Virus record (IMG/VR): IMGVR_UViG_3300020686_000008
Location: 1 to 28,490 of that record
DNA from: a virus
Taxonomy: Duplodnaviria; Caudoviricetes
Length of the DNA stretch: 28,490 nt
Strand: one strand, 5' to 3'
Below, one piece after another: positions 1 through 8,553 of this stretch. The position numbers and the translations under genes were made by a program. The notes beneath the pieces are model-generated. The model saw only the letters and a program-made list of their open reading frames with translations. It was not told the DNA's origin and did not search any database. Position 1 is the stretch's first letter, and each line of letters opens with the position of its first letter.

Positions 1-118
1 ATCCTACACAATCCTGTAAAGATCATACCTATTCTTATTGTTTCATGTATACTTATTACATGGGGTAAACAGTCGCTTACTTCATACATTCTATTAACTG
101 CGACTAGGAGATGTAATC

Positions 119-781
119 ATGGCTAAAGCCAATACAGTTGTACCAAGTGATGTAGTTGTTCAAATCGTTGAAGCTCCAAAGGCTGAGTATGTTGTATCAG
201 TCAGCGAAGCGCAACAAATCGACACAGTTGTCGAAAAGTTCATCGAAGCTGATGAGTTGTTGTTTGAGGGTGATGTGCTGATGGAAACAACAGCCAAAGC
301 TCTCGCTAAGCTGTTCGGTGTTAATCCTACTTATGCTCAATGGAATACAGTCAAAGCCATGTGGGTTCGTAAATACATGGGTCGTATTCCTCAGGCTACT
401 GAGGATAGCTCTCAGAAACAATGGGAGCGCTTAGCAAAGCGTATGGCTAAAGAAACAGGCTTGTCTAAGCCAAGTGCGCCAAGCAAAGCGGCACAAACTA
501 TGTCGGCTAAGCGGGCTGAGCAACAGGCTAAGTTGCAGGCTTTGCCCGATGGTGAGCTAGTCGATCTCATGGTCGCTTATGTCAATGGTCAGGATTTTTC
601 CAAAGCCAATGAGATAAAGAAAGAGATTGGTCGTCGCACCAAGGAAGCCAACAAAGGCAAGGAAGATGAAGTCAAAGCCATGCGTGATCGTGTTATCAAG
701 CAGATCAAGCAGACTGCCGACATGGAATTGCTTGCTAAGGTTTCAGCTATGTTGCCTAAGTTAGTCGATGCTAAAATGTAA
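119..781 (+). CDS. Hypothetical early protein (220 aa, helical, Ala/Lys-rich), first gene of the window
   Basis: AGGAG RBS just upstream; own intrinsic terminator downstream; no recognisable motif. Confidence 0.85.
   Translation: MAKANTVVPSDVVVQIVEAPKAEYVVSVSEAQQIDTVVEKFIEADELLFEGDVLMETTAKALAKLFGVNPTYAQWNTVKAMWVRKYMGRIPQATEDSSQKQWERLAKRMAKETGLSKPSAPSKAAQTMSAKRAEQQAKLQALPDGELVDLMVAYVNGQDFSKANEIKKEIGRRTKEANKGKEDEVKAMRDRVIKQIKQTADMELLAKVSAMLPKLVDAKM
213..240 (+). repeat. 28-bp quasi-palindromic motif, copy 1 (inside ORF 119-781)
   Basis: AACAAA TCGACA cagt TGTCGA AAAGTT. Confidence 0.85.
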
Positions 782-805
782 TTGCGTAGTTCTCTCGTAT
801 CACCT

Positions 806-839
806 AAGCCCTATCGAGCAATCGGTAGGGCTTTTTTTT
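806..839 (+). terminator. Rho-independent terminator
   Basis: AAGCCCTATCGA-GCAA-TCGGTAGGGCTT stem with GNRA loop, followed by a T run. Confidence 0.9.
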
Positions 840-926
840 CGCCCTCTTTTTATTTTTGCCAAGCTCTGCTTAGGAACGGTCATTTGTAGCAACGCCATAG
901 CCCTTTTGGGAATTCCCTTAGTTCGG

Positions 927-944
927 CTCTGCGTATACGCAGAG
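927..944. repeat. Perfect 18-bp palindrome
   Basis: CTCTGCGTATACGCAGAG is its own reverse complement; overlaps the -10/start region of the leftward promoter. Confidence 0.8.
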
Positions 945-969
945 TAACACATAGTTTTTCGGCTGTCAA
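941..969 (-). promoter_or_regulatory. Leftward sigma70-type promoter
   Basis: Minus strand TTGACA-17 nt-TACTCT with TGn extended -10. Confidence 0.6.
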
Positions 970-1009
970 GGGTTTTGTAATGTTCTAATGTTATTTATAA
1001 TGTTCTTCG

Positions 1010-1022
1010 TAAGTCCTTGATT
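1010..1022 (-). promoter_or_regulatory. IHF-binding consensus site
   Basis: Minus strand AATCAAGGACTTA matches WATCAANNNNTTR exactly. Confidence 0.6.
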
Positions 1023-1461
1023 TTATTACATTGTTCCTATTGTTCTAATGTTCCTGACCTCATTTTACTTTTTTGAAAAAACTTCGTTCGAAAGACCCCC
1101 TTCGCATAGTGCTAGAGCATAGGACAATTTGCTCCCCGTATAGCGTTTTGACATATATAGAACATTAGAACAATATAATAACAATACCCTTTAAACCCTT
1201 ATACTATAAGGCTCTGAGAATGTTCCTGAGCTTCGAACATTAGCCGAACATTAGAACAAAACCCCGAACATTACCTTTTATAAGCACGCACAGGCGCACA
1301 CAATCTATCCAAGTCCCACCCAAACCTGCTATATCTAACCTTGAACACCGAGTACGGCACATTGAATTGCTTTGCCCAGTACGCAAGTGTCCCACGAACT
1401 CCATCATGCTCAACATACACAAAGTCAGTCATACAAACTCCTCTCGTCTAAAATGTTCCTC

Positions 1462-1490
1462 ATTGTTCCACAAAATACAGTCGCTGTCAA
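1462..1490 (-). promoter_or_regulatory. Possible weaker leftward promoter firing into the iteron region
   Basis: Minus strand TTGACA-17 nt-AACAAT with TGn upstream; -12 position is non-consensus. Confidence 0.35.
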
Positions 1491-1523
1491 TACGAACAAA
1501 AACCCAAAATGGCTAACATAAAC

Positions 1524-1552
1524 TTGACATTGTAAGGTAAATCAGGTATAAT
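1524..1552 (+). promoter_or_regulatory. Consensus sigma70 early promoter
   Basis: TTGACA-17 nt-TATAAT, perfect consensus, upstream of the early operon. Confidence 0.92.
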
Positions 1553-1619
1553 AGATGTATAGTGGTAATCGGTAGTTATTTATGTGTTTATTGTCTTTTT
1601 ATGTATTGCAGTCCAACCA

Positions 1620-1647
1620 AACAAATCGACAACCCCGTCGAAATGTT
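1620..1647 (+). repeat. 28-bp motif, copy 2 (leader of early operon)
   Basis: AACAAA TCGACA accc CGTCGA AATGTT. Confidence 0.85.
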
Positions 1648-1670
1648 ACAAACCAAGAGGAGAAGCAAAT

Positions 1671-1922
1671 ATGTCCCATCACGACAAAATCTTTACGCAT
1701 CTGTTATGCACAGTATGCAATCTTCCACGAGTTACGCAAGGTCGCTACGACCACCAAAAAAGCCACAAGCTCAAGATCACATGCCATGCGTGTGGCGACA
1801 TCATCGCCAAGCAAGAAATCAAGCGCAAACAAAGCCGAGTATTGCCGATCAACAAATCAACCCCGACATATATCAGCGACATCAGCTTACTGCGCCAACT
1901 CAACCCCAAGAGGACTACATGA
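1671..1922 (+). CDS. Small zinc-ribbon protein (83 aa)
   Basis: GAGGAG RBS before ATG 1671; CTVC...CHAC cysteine pairs; ATGA overlap with next gene. Confidence 0.75.
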   Translation: MSHHDKIFTHLLCTVCNLPRVTQGRYDHQKSHKLKITCHACGDIIAKQEIKRKQSRVLPINKSTPTYISDISLLRQLNPKRTT

Positions 1923-2119
1923 AAATCAGAACCAAAGGAGCAATCAGGCTACCCATGCCCATTGACCATAACTCAATCCACCAACGCATTAAAGACCTGA
2001 GCACAATCGGGGAGAAGCGGGAATTGGTAGGAAAAACTAACCCTTTCCTGTATGCGTTCGGAAAGAAATTAAAACCAGCTAGTTATGCCGACTACCTTGC
2101 AAGACAGGGGAACGAGTAA
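1919..2119 (+). CDS. Hypothetical protein (66 aa)
   Basis: ATG 1919 after GAGGA; coupled to both neighbours; 3' part of track ORF 1562-2119. Confidence 0.7.
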   Translation: MKIRTKGAIRLPMPIDHNSIHQRIKDLSTIGEKRELVGKTNPFLYAFGKKLKPASYADYLARQGNE

Positions 2120-2343
2120 TGGGCAAGTTAAAAGCAACGCTAATCGAGGAGCAAGAGAAAGCAAAGATTGCCCTGATGGACATTGCCATCAACCGCAGTT
2201 GGATATGGATGCAAGAGTATGACCCCGAATCGGGTCAGGTCGTAGCACGCAGACAGCCGTGGGCAAACGAAGCTCGTCATGCTTTTATCGATGGGTTTTT
2301 AGAGGGCTTCCAAGCCAAGTTCTTTGAACAAAACGACAAGTGA
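2119..2343 (+). CDS. Hypothetical protein (74 aa)
   Basis: TAATG overlap with upstream gene; MGKLKA start typical of small phage proteins. Confidence 0.75.
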   Translation: MGKLKATLIEEQEKAKIALMDIAINRSWIWMQEYDPESGQVVARRQPWANEARHAFIDGFLEGFQAKFFEQNDK

Positions 2344-2354
2344 GTCGATATGTT
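2327..2354 (+). repeat. 28-bp motif, copy 3 (spans a stop and the next start codon)
   Basis: AACAAA ACGACA agtg AGTCGA TATGTT. Confidence 0.75.
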
Positions 2355-2475
2355 AACGATTGAGTGGTATTTAGTAGGAGCAGTTGTATGTAGTGTGGTG
2401 ATGCTTGTCCTGTATTGGGCAGGTGTTTTTATTAACAAAGCAGTTGAATTTATTTTGGAGGTGTTTAGTAAATGA
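2350..2475 (+). CDS. Small single-pass membrane protein (41 aa), missing from ORF track
   Basis: MLTIEWYLVGAVVCSVVMLVLYWAGVFINKAVEFILEVFSK; fills the gap exactly and its TGA overlaps ATG 2472. Confidence 0.65.
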   Translation: MLTIEWYLVGAVVCSVVMLVLYWAGVFINKAVEFILEVFSK

Positions 2476-2693
2476 GTTATATGAAAAGAATGTGGGCAGA
2501 GATGCTATTAGAACCGCCTGAGCCACCGCCTTTTCCTGAGGTTATCTATTCTCAAGCAATAGATGAAGCGATTGACTTGTTGGAAACAACGCAGAAGAAA
2601 GGTATTTACCAAGACCATAGGATTGCTCTCGCTTGGCAAGCTATGCGTATTCTTAAGCAAGCGAAGGAGAAAGTAAATGAACTATCCCAGTAA
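2472..2693 (+). CDS. Hypothetical protein (73 aa)
   Basis: GGAGG RBS; operon packing. Confidence 0.75.
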   Translation: MSYMKRMWAEMLLEPPEPPPFPEVIYSQAIDEAIDLLETTQKKGIYQDHRIALAWQAMRILKQAKEKVNELSQ

Positions 2694-2898
2694 AACCCTG
2701 ATTAAAAACATTACCCCCGTAGCCCGAACTTTATCGGAAGCCAACCGAGATGCACGCTATGCGTGTGCAGTACAGACTTTTAAGTCTGATGCGAAGCTGA
2801 CTTTAGCTTTTATTGCCGACTGTCTAGTCGGGTTCGTTGTAACTCTAGCATTAGCCTCGCCATTCATGGTGGGACTTTATATGTGGTTAAACAAATAG
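2677..2898 (+). CDS. Hypothetical protein with C-terminal transmembrane segment (73 aa)
   Basis: AAGGAG RBS; hydrophobic C-terminus. Confidence 0.75.
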   Translation: MNYPSKTLIKNITPVARTLSEANRDARYACAVQTFKSDAKLTLAFIADCLVGFVVTLALASPFMVGLYMWLNK

Positions 2899-2907
2899 GA
2901 GGAAACC

Positions 2908-3582
2908 ATGAAACCACAAGCGTATGAAGCATTACAAAAAGCCAAGGCATTGTTCCGTCACCCAGCCGAGGTGTTGCAAGACGACATCCCCGAAGAAGTA
3001 AAGTCCGCATTTCCTGACGGAATCCGTAAGCCCAAAGTAGTTCTAATCCCAACCAACGCACCAAAGTTTGATAAGGAAACTATGAAACAAGAACATAAAC
3101 AGGAAAAACAACCAACATCCATCCAGCTTAGTAAACAAATCGACAAGTATGTCGAAATGTCAGTAACCGAAGCCTGCGAAGCATGCATCAAGATGGGCGT
3201 TACCAAGCCATCAGCCATTGCTAAAGAAACAGGCAAGAAGGTCGAGCAGATCTACACATCTATGTGGCACTTGCGCAAGCGCAAAGTTAAAGCCAAGCAA
3301 CAGGCAAGAGCTAAAGCAGTAGCTAAGAAAGGCGAATGGAACGAGAAGCAAATGCCAACGCCAAAGCAACAGGCAGACTATTGGAACAACCTCAAGCCAT
3401 TGAGTGATGACTTTAGTCGTGAGCCAACTGCATATGAAGACGCACACCATGTCGTGTTCAAGAGCCGTGCCGAGTATGAGAAGGAAATCGAACGGCTCAA
3501 CCAACGCATTACCGACCTACTAATCGAGAAGCAAGAGCAAAGCGTCATCATCAAATACTTTGAAAGGAAGTTGCATGTATAG
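2908..3582 (+). CDS. Putative DNA-binding protein (HTH-like segment, C-terminal coiled coil)
   Basis: AGGAGG RBS; KPSAIAKETGKKVEQIYTSMWHLRK resembles a helix-turn-helix followed by a basic tail. Confidence 0.6.
   Translation: MKPQAYEALQKAKALFRHPAEVLQDDIPEEVKSAFPDGIRKPKVVLIPTNAPKFDKETMKQEHKQEKQPTSIQLSKQIDKYVEMSVTEACEACIKMGVTKPSAIAKETGKKVEQIYTSMWHLRKRKVKAKQQARAKAVAKKGEWNEKQMPTPKQQADYWNNLKPLSDDFSREPTAYEDAHHVVFKSRAEYEKEIERLNQRITDLLIEKQEQSVIIKYFERKLHV
3134..3161 (+). repeat. 28-bp motif, copy 4 (inside ORF 2908-3582)
   Basis: AACAAA TCGACA agta TGTCGA AATGTC. Confidence 0.85.
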
Positions 3583-4513
3583 CCACCAAGGGTATAACTC
3601 AGCCCGTATCCCTATGCTTGAGAGTCACGCACAAGCTAAGCAACACTTCGAGAACACCAAGCCTATTCGTGGTAGAAGCACGGAGATCAGACCGCTTGGC
3701 GCAAATCGTCGCTTTAGTTGGTATGAGATAGTCAAGAAACAGATAGCCGTTGATCTCTCACCAGAAAACCCGTTGGGGTCACTAGCGTATAGCTATGCGG
3801 CAAGGCTATATCAAACCGACTGTGTCGAGTGGCTACCTAATGGTGATGTGATAGTGCGGGTCAATGCGTGGAAAAGTCCGACGACTATGGGGTTCATGAC
3901 CTTCTCATTGCGTGCGTATGGCACAGTCCAGTCTTATGGTGGCAAGTGGTATTTCACCAACAAGAAAGGGCAAGAATACAAGATGCCTACTAGCAAGGGT
4001 GAGGAGATGGTTTTGCGTGTAGATGAGCAGGGCTTTTATCAGCCGACACTCGTACCAACGGAATACAGATACAAAGCCAAGCGCAAGGAGCTCAACCGCA
4101 TACGCAAGGTGTATCAGGACTTTATTGAATACACCAAGAATATGCTGTCTATCGACAACAAGATCAACACCGATATGGGTCGCAAGATATACGAGGACTT
4201 AGGTTTGAGTTCGCAAAGGATATTGGGCTACTCACAATGGGGCAACGCACCAGCTAATCGTAGTGGGATGTTGCAAAAAATCATAGTGGCTCAGCGTGAT
4301 AACGACTTAGACCTTATGTATAAGTTGGCAACCTATTGTGCTTATGCCTTTGGTGGGTATAGCTATCGTGAAGGGTATGGCTGTCAGCCTAAGTGGTTTA
4401 TCAATGGGTTCAATGAAGTATTGAAGTATGCGTATTACAAAGATGTATTCGAAGCAGTAGAACAACCGCAAGGTATTGCGTTCCATGATCGCAATGCTAA
4501 GTATGTTGAGTAG
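3575..4513 (+). CDS. Hypothetical protein (312 aa)
   Basis: AAGGAAG RBS before ATG 3575; long ORF, no recognised motif. Confidence 0.8.
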   Translation: MYSHQGYNSARIPMLESHAQAKQHFENTKPIRGRSTEIRPLGANRRFSWYEIVKKQIAVDLSPENPLGSLAYSYAARLYQTDCVEWLPNGDVIVRVNAWKSPTTMGFMTFSLRAYGTVQSYGGKWYFTNKKGQEYKMPTSKGEEMVLRVDEQGFYQPTLVPTEYRYKAKRKELNRIRKVYQDFIEYTKNMLSIDNKINTDMGRKIYEDLGLSSQRILGYSQWGNAPANRSGMLQKIIVAQRDNDLDLMYKLATYCAYAFGGYSYREGYGCQPKWFINGFNEVLKYAYYKDVFEAVEQPQGIAFHDRNAKYVE

Positions 4514-4521
4514 TAAACCAA

Positions 4522-4549
4522 AACAATTCGACACTCATGTCGAAAAGTT
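4522..4549 (+). repeat. 28-bp motif, copy 5 (intergenic, upstream of AAA+ gene)
   Basis: AACAAT TCGACA ctca TGTCGA AAAGTT. Confidence 0.85.
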
Positions 4550-4580
4550 CAACAATCCAAACTAAAAAGAGGAAAACGAA

Positions 4581-5675
4581 ATGTCAGAAGTATTATTGAA
4601 CCGCAATGTAACTTTAAAAGAAGCAGAAGATTTAATCCTTGCAATGGGTGGTGATGGAACAGCACACCTTATGGGAGAACCAGGTGTTGGCAAGACATCA
4701 ATGTTTAAGAACCTCGTAGCACGCACAGGCTTTAAGGGTATCTACATCGATGTGCCTAATGTGGAGCTCGGCGAGTTGGGTATTCCAATTCCTAATCACG
4801 AAACCAAGACGACTATGCTCTATCCGAATGAGCAATGGGGATTTCATACAGGCGAGCCACTAGTTATCTTTGCCGACGAGTTTACTAAAGGACATCAGGC
4901 AGTTAAGAATATGCTTCATCCAATGCTCAACAACCCACGACAAATTATGGGTATCCCCTTACACAAGGATACGATAGTCGTAACGGCAGGTAACTACACG
5001 ACCGACGGGGTAGGCGACAACATGATGGCTCACTCTCGCAATCGCATTACTGTTATGAATGTCAAGAAACCAAACGCTGGCTTTAATCCTGATGGCTCAG
5101 TTGATGAGAACTCATGGGGTGAGTGGGCATTGAAGAATGATATTGCACCCGAAGTATTGGCATGGGTTAAAGAAACACCGCAGGCTCTATCGTCATACCT
5201 CGATGCTGGTCAGGCAGGCAACAAGTATATCTTCAACCCCAAGGAAGTTCAGAAGTCCTTTGTGTCACCTCGTAGTTTGGAGAGAGCGTCAAACATTCTC
5301 AAGCGTCGTAGCCTGACAACGGAGAACGCAATCATCTGTGCATTGGAAGGCACGATTGGTGCGCCTGCGGCTCGTGATCTGATGGCGTATGTTGCAGTAG
5401 CCGATAGCTTACCTACATGGGAAGAAATCTGCAAAGACCCAACCAACGCAAAAGTCCCGACATCGCCTGCCGCTTTGTGCTTGCTAGCTTTCTCAGCAGT
5501 TCAGAAGATTGACAGACAGAGCATCACTAAGTTCTTTGAGTATCTCAAGCGAACACCGAAGGAGTTGCAGTCTGTGTTCTGCCTATCAGGTATGAAAGAC
5601 GACGAGAAGAAGAAGTTGTTTTTTACAAGCCAATCCTTTGTTGATTGGATGCGTGTTAATCAGTATTTATTCTAA
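4581..5675 (+). CDS. MoxR/dynein-related AAA+ ATPase
   Basis: Walker A GEPGVGKT, Walker B IFADE, sensor VTAGN, arginine-finger region SRNR, SPRS motif. Confidence 0.88.
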   Translation: MSEVLLNRNVTLKEAEDLILAMGGDGTAHLMGEPGVGKTSMFKNLVARTGFKGIYIDVPNVELGELGIPIPNHETKTTMLYPNEQWGFHTGEPLVIFADEFTKGHQAVKNMLHPMLNNPRQIMGIPLHKDTIVVTAGNYTTDGVGDNMMAHSRNRITVMNVKKPNAGFNPDGSVDENSWGEWALKNDIAPEVLAWVKETPQALSSYLDAGQAGNKYIFNPKEVQKSFVSPRSLERASNILKRRSLTTENAIICALEGTIGAPAARDLMAYVAVADSLPTWEEICKDPTNAKVPTSPAALCLLAFSAVQKIDRQSITKFFEYLKRTPKELQSVFCLSGMKDDEKKKLFFTSQSFVDWMRVNQYLF

Positions 5676-5685
5676 GGAGATGTAT

Positions 5686-5952
5686 ATGAAGAAAGACGAT
5701 AAGTTGTTTGGTAAGTTCAGCGATCTTAAAAACCGTATCGGAGATATGTTGCAAGACGAACAAGTAGAACTAGGTATGGTCATTACATTGCTCACTTATA
5801 TGTTAGTTGATACGGCTTTATATCAGGCAGATATTGAGCCTGCCGTATTGATTGCTAAGTTTGCAAAGAATGTAAATGATGTTCATGAACTAAACAAAAA
5901 AATTGAAGAAGGAGAAAGCAATGAGCAGACTATCAGCAGAACAACGCATTGA
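5686..5952 (+). CDS. Hypothetical protein (88 aa) between ATPase and VWA gene
   Basis: TAAGGAG RBS before ATG 5686. Confidence 0.7.
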   Translation: MKKDDKLFGKFSDLKNRIGDMLQDEQVELGMVITLLTYMLVDTALYQADIEPAVLIAKFAKNVNDVHELNKKIEEGESNEQTISRTTH

Positions 5953-7195
5953 ACGCACTCATGTGCAGTTGATGAAGCACCCAAACTTCTGTTTGTTCTC
6001 AGGCTTATTCATGATAGGCAAGGTAGAAGTCCGTGACGAAACAAGTAGTGGCACGGCTCAGACCAACGGGCTAGATGTTATCTACGACCGAGACTTCATT
6101 AACAGACTGAACGACAAGCAGTTGGCTTTCCTTATATTGCACGAGAATATGCACAAGGCATACCGACATCTTATTGTGTGGCGCAAGCTATACAAGGAGA
6201 ACGCTATGCTCGCCAACCTTGCGTGTGACTATGTTATCAATCTGCAAATTGTAGACTACGACCGAAGTGGTGCAGTAGTTGAGATGCCGACTGATGAAGA
6301 TGGTAATGTCATGGGGTGTATTGATGAAGAGTATCGTGACATGGATGCGCACCAAGTCTACAACCTTCTTGTTAAGAAGCATGGCAAGGATGCAGGCAAG
6401 GTTAAGGTTCTTGTTGTCGGGAACGGTCATTCTTCTGATGGGCAGGGTGGTGAACAAAACGACAGCGATGTCGAAAAGTTACCGCAAGGCTTTGACGAGC
6501 ATGATTGGGATGGTGCGCAAGACGGAACACCCGAAGAACAAGAAGCGCAAGCTAAAGAGATCGAGTCTGCTTTGCGTCAAGGTTCTATTCTTGTAGGTAA
6601 GATGGGTGGCAATGTCCAGCGTGGTATCAGCGAGATGCTTGTGCCCAAGATTGATTGGAAAGAAGCGTTGCGTGATTTCGTTAAGTCAGCCACACAAGGC
6701 AAGGACAAGACAACATGGCGCAGACTGCACAAGAGATATATAGCTTCTGACATCATCATGCCGAGCAGTTACAACGAGAATGTTGGGTCAATCATCATCG
6801 GTATCGACACATCAGGCTCTATTGGGACTGCGGAGTTAAATCAGTTTCTATCCGAGGTGAAGTCTATCTGCGAGGAAGTTAGTCCCGAAGCTATTGATCT
6901 ACTGTATTGGGATACTCATGTGGCATCACGAGAAACATATACGCAAAACGAGCTTTCCAGTCTCACGACTGAGACTAAGCCTGCTGGTGGGGGTGGAACA
7001 GACCCAACATGTGTGCCTAAGTTTATGGCTAAGCACAACATTAGAGGCGAGTGTCTACTCATGCTAACTGATGGCTACATCGGAGCACAAGATGCGAGTG
7101 ACTATGCGTCGCTTGGTTCTATCCCCCTGTTGTGGTGTGTCAAAGGCAACGAGAGATTCCAATCAGTAGTAGGCAAGACTGTCCATGTTGAATAA
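5921..7195 (+). CDS. Metallopeptidase-like (HExxH) plus VWA domain protein, DUF2201-like
   Basis: HENMH zincin motif, NLACDYVIN, MIDAS IDTSGS, GGGGT, LTDG. Confidence 0.88.
   Translation: MSRLSAEQRIERTHVQLMKHPNFCLFSGLFMIGKVEVRDETSSGTAQTNGLDVIYDRDFINRLNDKQLAFLILHENMHKAYRHLIVWRKLYKENAMLANLACDYVINLQIVDYDRSGAVVEMPTDEDGNVMGCIDEEYRDMDAHQVYNLLVKKHGKDAGKVKVLVVGNGHSSDGQGGEQNDSDVEKLPQGFDEHDWDGAQDGTPEEQEAQAKEIESALRQGSILVGKMGGNVQRGISEMLVPKIDWKEALRDFVKSATQGKDKTTWRRLHKRYIASDIIMPSSYNENVGSIIIGIDTSGSIGTAELNQFLSEVKSICEEVSPEAIDLLYWDTHVASRETYTQNELSSLTTETKPAGGGGTDPTCVPKFMAKHNIRGECLLMLTDGYIGAQDASDYASLGSIPLLWCVKGNERFQSVVGKTVHVE
6453..6480 (+). repeat. 28-bp motif, copy 6 (in the low-complexity linker of the VWA gene)
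   Basis: AACAAA ACGACA gcga TGTCGA AAAGTT. Confidence 0.85.
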
Positions 7196-7205
7196 GGAGA
7201 AACAA

Positions 7206-7391
7206 ATGGTAGCTAAGAAAGTAAATGTGTCAATCAATCCTGACACGATGAAAGTGTTGTCCGAAATGCGATTAAGGCTTTCCCAGGATCTGGGCTTTGT
7301 CCCATCCTATTCGCAAGTAATACAACACCTATTGAAACAAAACGACAAGGGTGTCGAAATGTTAAACAACGAAGGAGATGCAAATGAGTAA
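7206..7391 (+). CDS. Putative ribbon-helix-helix DNA-binding protein (61 aa)
   Basis: TAAGGAG RBS; KKVNVSI beta-strand pattern, helix, then SYSQVIQHLL helix. Confidence 0.6.
   Translation: MVAKKVNVSINPDTMKVLSEMRLRLSQDLGFVPSYSQVIQHLLKQNDKGVEMLNNEGDANE
7336..7363 (+). repeat. 28-bp motif, copy 7 (C-terminal tail of RHH-like gene)
   Basis: AACAAA ACGACA aggg TGTCGA AATGTT. Confidence 0.85.
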
Positions 7392-8271
7392 CGAAATCAG
7401 TATTGGCTCATCAGCCATGTTAGTAGAGTTGTCCATCAGTTCATGGACTGCACGCAAGCTAGACAAGAAAGTTTCAGCCGAGGTAGATGTGGCTAAGAAC
7501 ACCAAAGTCTCAGCCGTCAATGTGAACAAGAACTTGATGGCAGGCACAGGAGTCTTGGATAAGATCATCAAGTATGCAGCTAGTGCTCGTGCATGGCATA
7601 TTTCTCAGACGCTTCCGTGGTCTGACAATGGCTCACGCTTGTTGCCTATGTCTAACTTTATGAAATACAAAGAGCAACTTGGTGTAATGGAAGGGAACTT
7701 TGACGCACTAGTCGACAAGTTTGTCGATTCGTATCCTGACCTCGTATCTGCGGCGGCTTTCCAACTGGGTGACCTATTCGACAGAAACGAATATCCTGAT
7801 GTTAACACCCTTAAGAATCGTTTTAAGTTCAACTATTCTTTCTTCCCTGTTCCCAACGCAGGAGACTTTAGGGTCGACATCAACGAGGAAGCCAAAGCCG
7901 AGATCATTGCAAACTGCAATAGGGCGCACCAAGACAGACTTGAGAACGCTATGAAAGATGCGTGGGGTAGGCTCAAGGATTGTTTAGAACGCATGAGTGA
8001 TCGTCTGACTATTGATGTAGGGGTCAATGACGACGGTGAAACCTATCATGAGTTCCGTGTATTTAGGGATAGCCTGATGGAGAACGCACAAGAGATGGTT
8101 GAGATGCTTAGCCACCTTAACATCACCAAGAACCCTGATATGGAGAGAGCAAGGCTCGCTTTAAAATCGGCAATAAGTAACCATGATGTAGATGTGGTGC
8201 GTGGTTCTATGGTAGTGCGTAACTCAGTTAAAACTCAGGTTGATGCAATCCTCAGTAAGTTTAACTTTTAA
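7384..8271 (+). CDS. DUF3150-like protein (295 aa)
   Basis: LVELSISSWTARKLD N-terminus, LPW, YP...F.F pattern; typical neighbour of AAA+/VWA genes in mobile elements. Confidence 0.6.
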   Translation: MSNEISIGSSAMLVELSISSWTARKLDKKVSAEVDVAKNTKVSAVNVNKNLMAGTGVLDKIIKYAASARAWHISQTLPWSDNGSRLLPMSNFMKYKEQLGVMEGNFDALVDKFVDSYPDLVSAAAFQLGDLFDRNEYPDVNTLKNRFKFNYSFFPVPNAGDFRVDINEEAKAEIIANCNRAHQDRLENAMKDAWGRLKDCLERMSDRLTIDVGVNDDGETYHEFRVFRDSLMENAQEMVEMLSHLNITKNPDMERARLALKSAISNHDVDVVRGSMVVRNSVKTQVDAILSKFNF

Positions 8272-8283
8272 GGAGAAGAACAA

Positions 8284-8553
8284 ATGAACGCAAATGAACT
8301 AGCTGAAATAATTCAACACCTTGAAAACGCCAAGTATGTTGGTGCAAGTAAAGCTGCCACCATGCTACGACAGCAACAAGCTGAAATAGAGGCGTTGAAA
8401 GAACCAAAGATACCTTTACTTGAGCAAGAAATTAAATTCATATTGGGTAATGGTCAATGCTGGCAAGGCGAAGATTGTAGTATGCCAAACCTAATGTATA
8501 TCATTCGAGCTGTAGAAGCGGCACATGGAATAGGAATTAACCAAGATGAATGA
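8284..8553 (+). CDS. Modular hypothetical protein (89 aa) with QQQAEIE module
   Basis: TAAGGAG RBS; MLRQQQAEIEALK. Confidence 0.8.
   Translation: MNANELAEIIQHLENAKYVGASKAATMLRQQQAEIEALKEPKIPLLEQEIKFILGNGQCWQGEDCSMPNLMYIIRAVEAAHGIGINQDE

Larger units (their letters stand above)
979..1500. repeat. Iteron-like AWTGTTC/GAACAWW cluster; putative replication origin
   Basis: AWTGTTC at 979, 999, 1030, 1039, 1047, 1219, 1452, 1462; GAACAWW at 1160, 1168, 1235, 1246, 1254, 1266, 1494; perfect 16-bp inverted repeat 1038-1053/1160-1175; AT-rich, no credible ORF. Confidence 0.7.

Noticed and set aside
1148-1179. Rightward promoter TTGACA...TATAAT
   Set aside because: Spacer is 20 nt, too long for sigma70
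1240-1422. Minus-strand 60-aa ORF in the origin-like region
   Set aside because: No clear RBS, runs through the iterons, no protein-like features; cannot be fully excluded given the weak leftward promoter at 1462-1490
1562-1965. Track ORFs 1562-2119, 1582-1965 and 1584-1922 at full length
   Set aside because: Upstream starts lack an RBS and lie at the transcription start; better explained by genes 1671-1922 and 1919-2119
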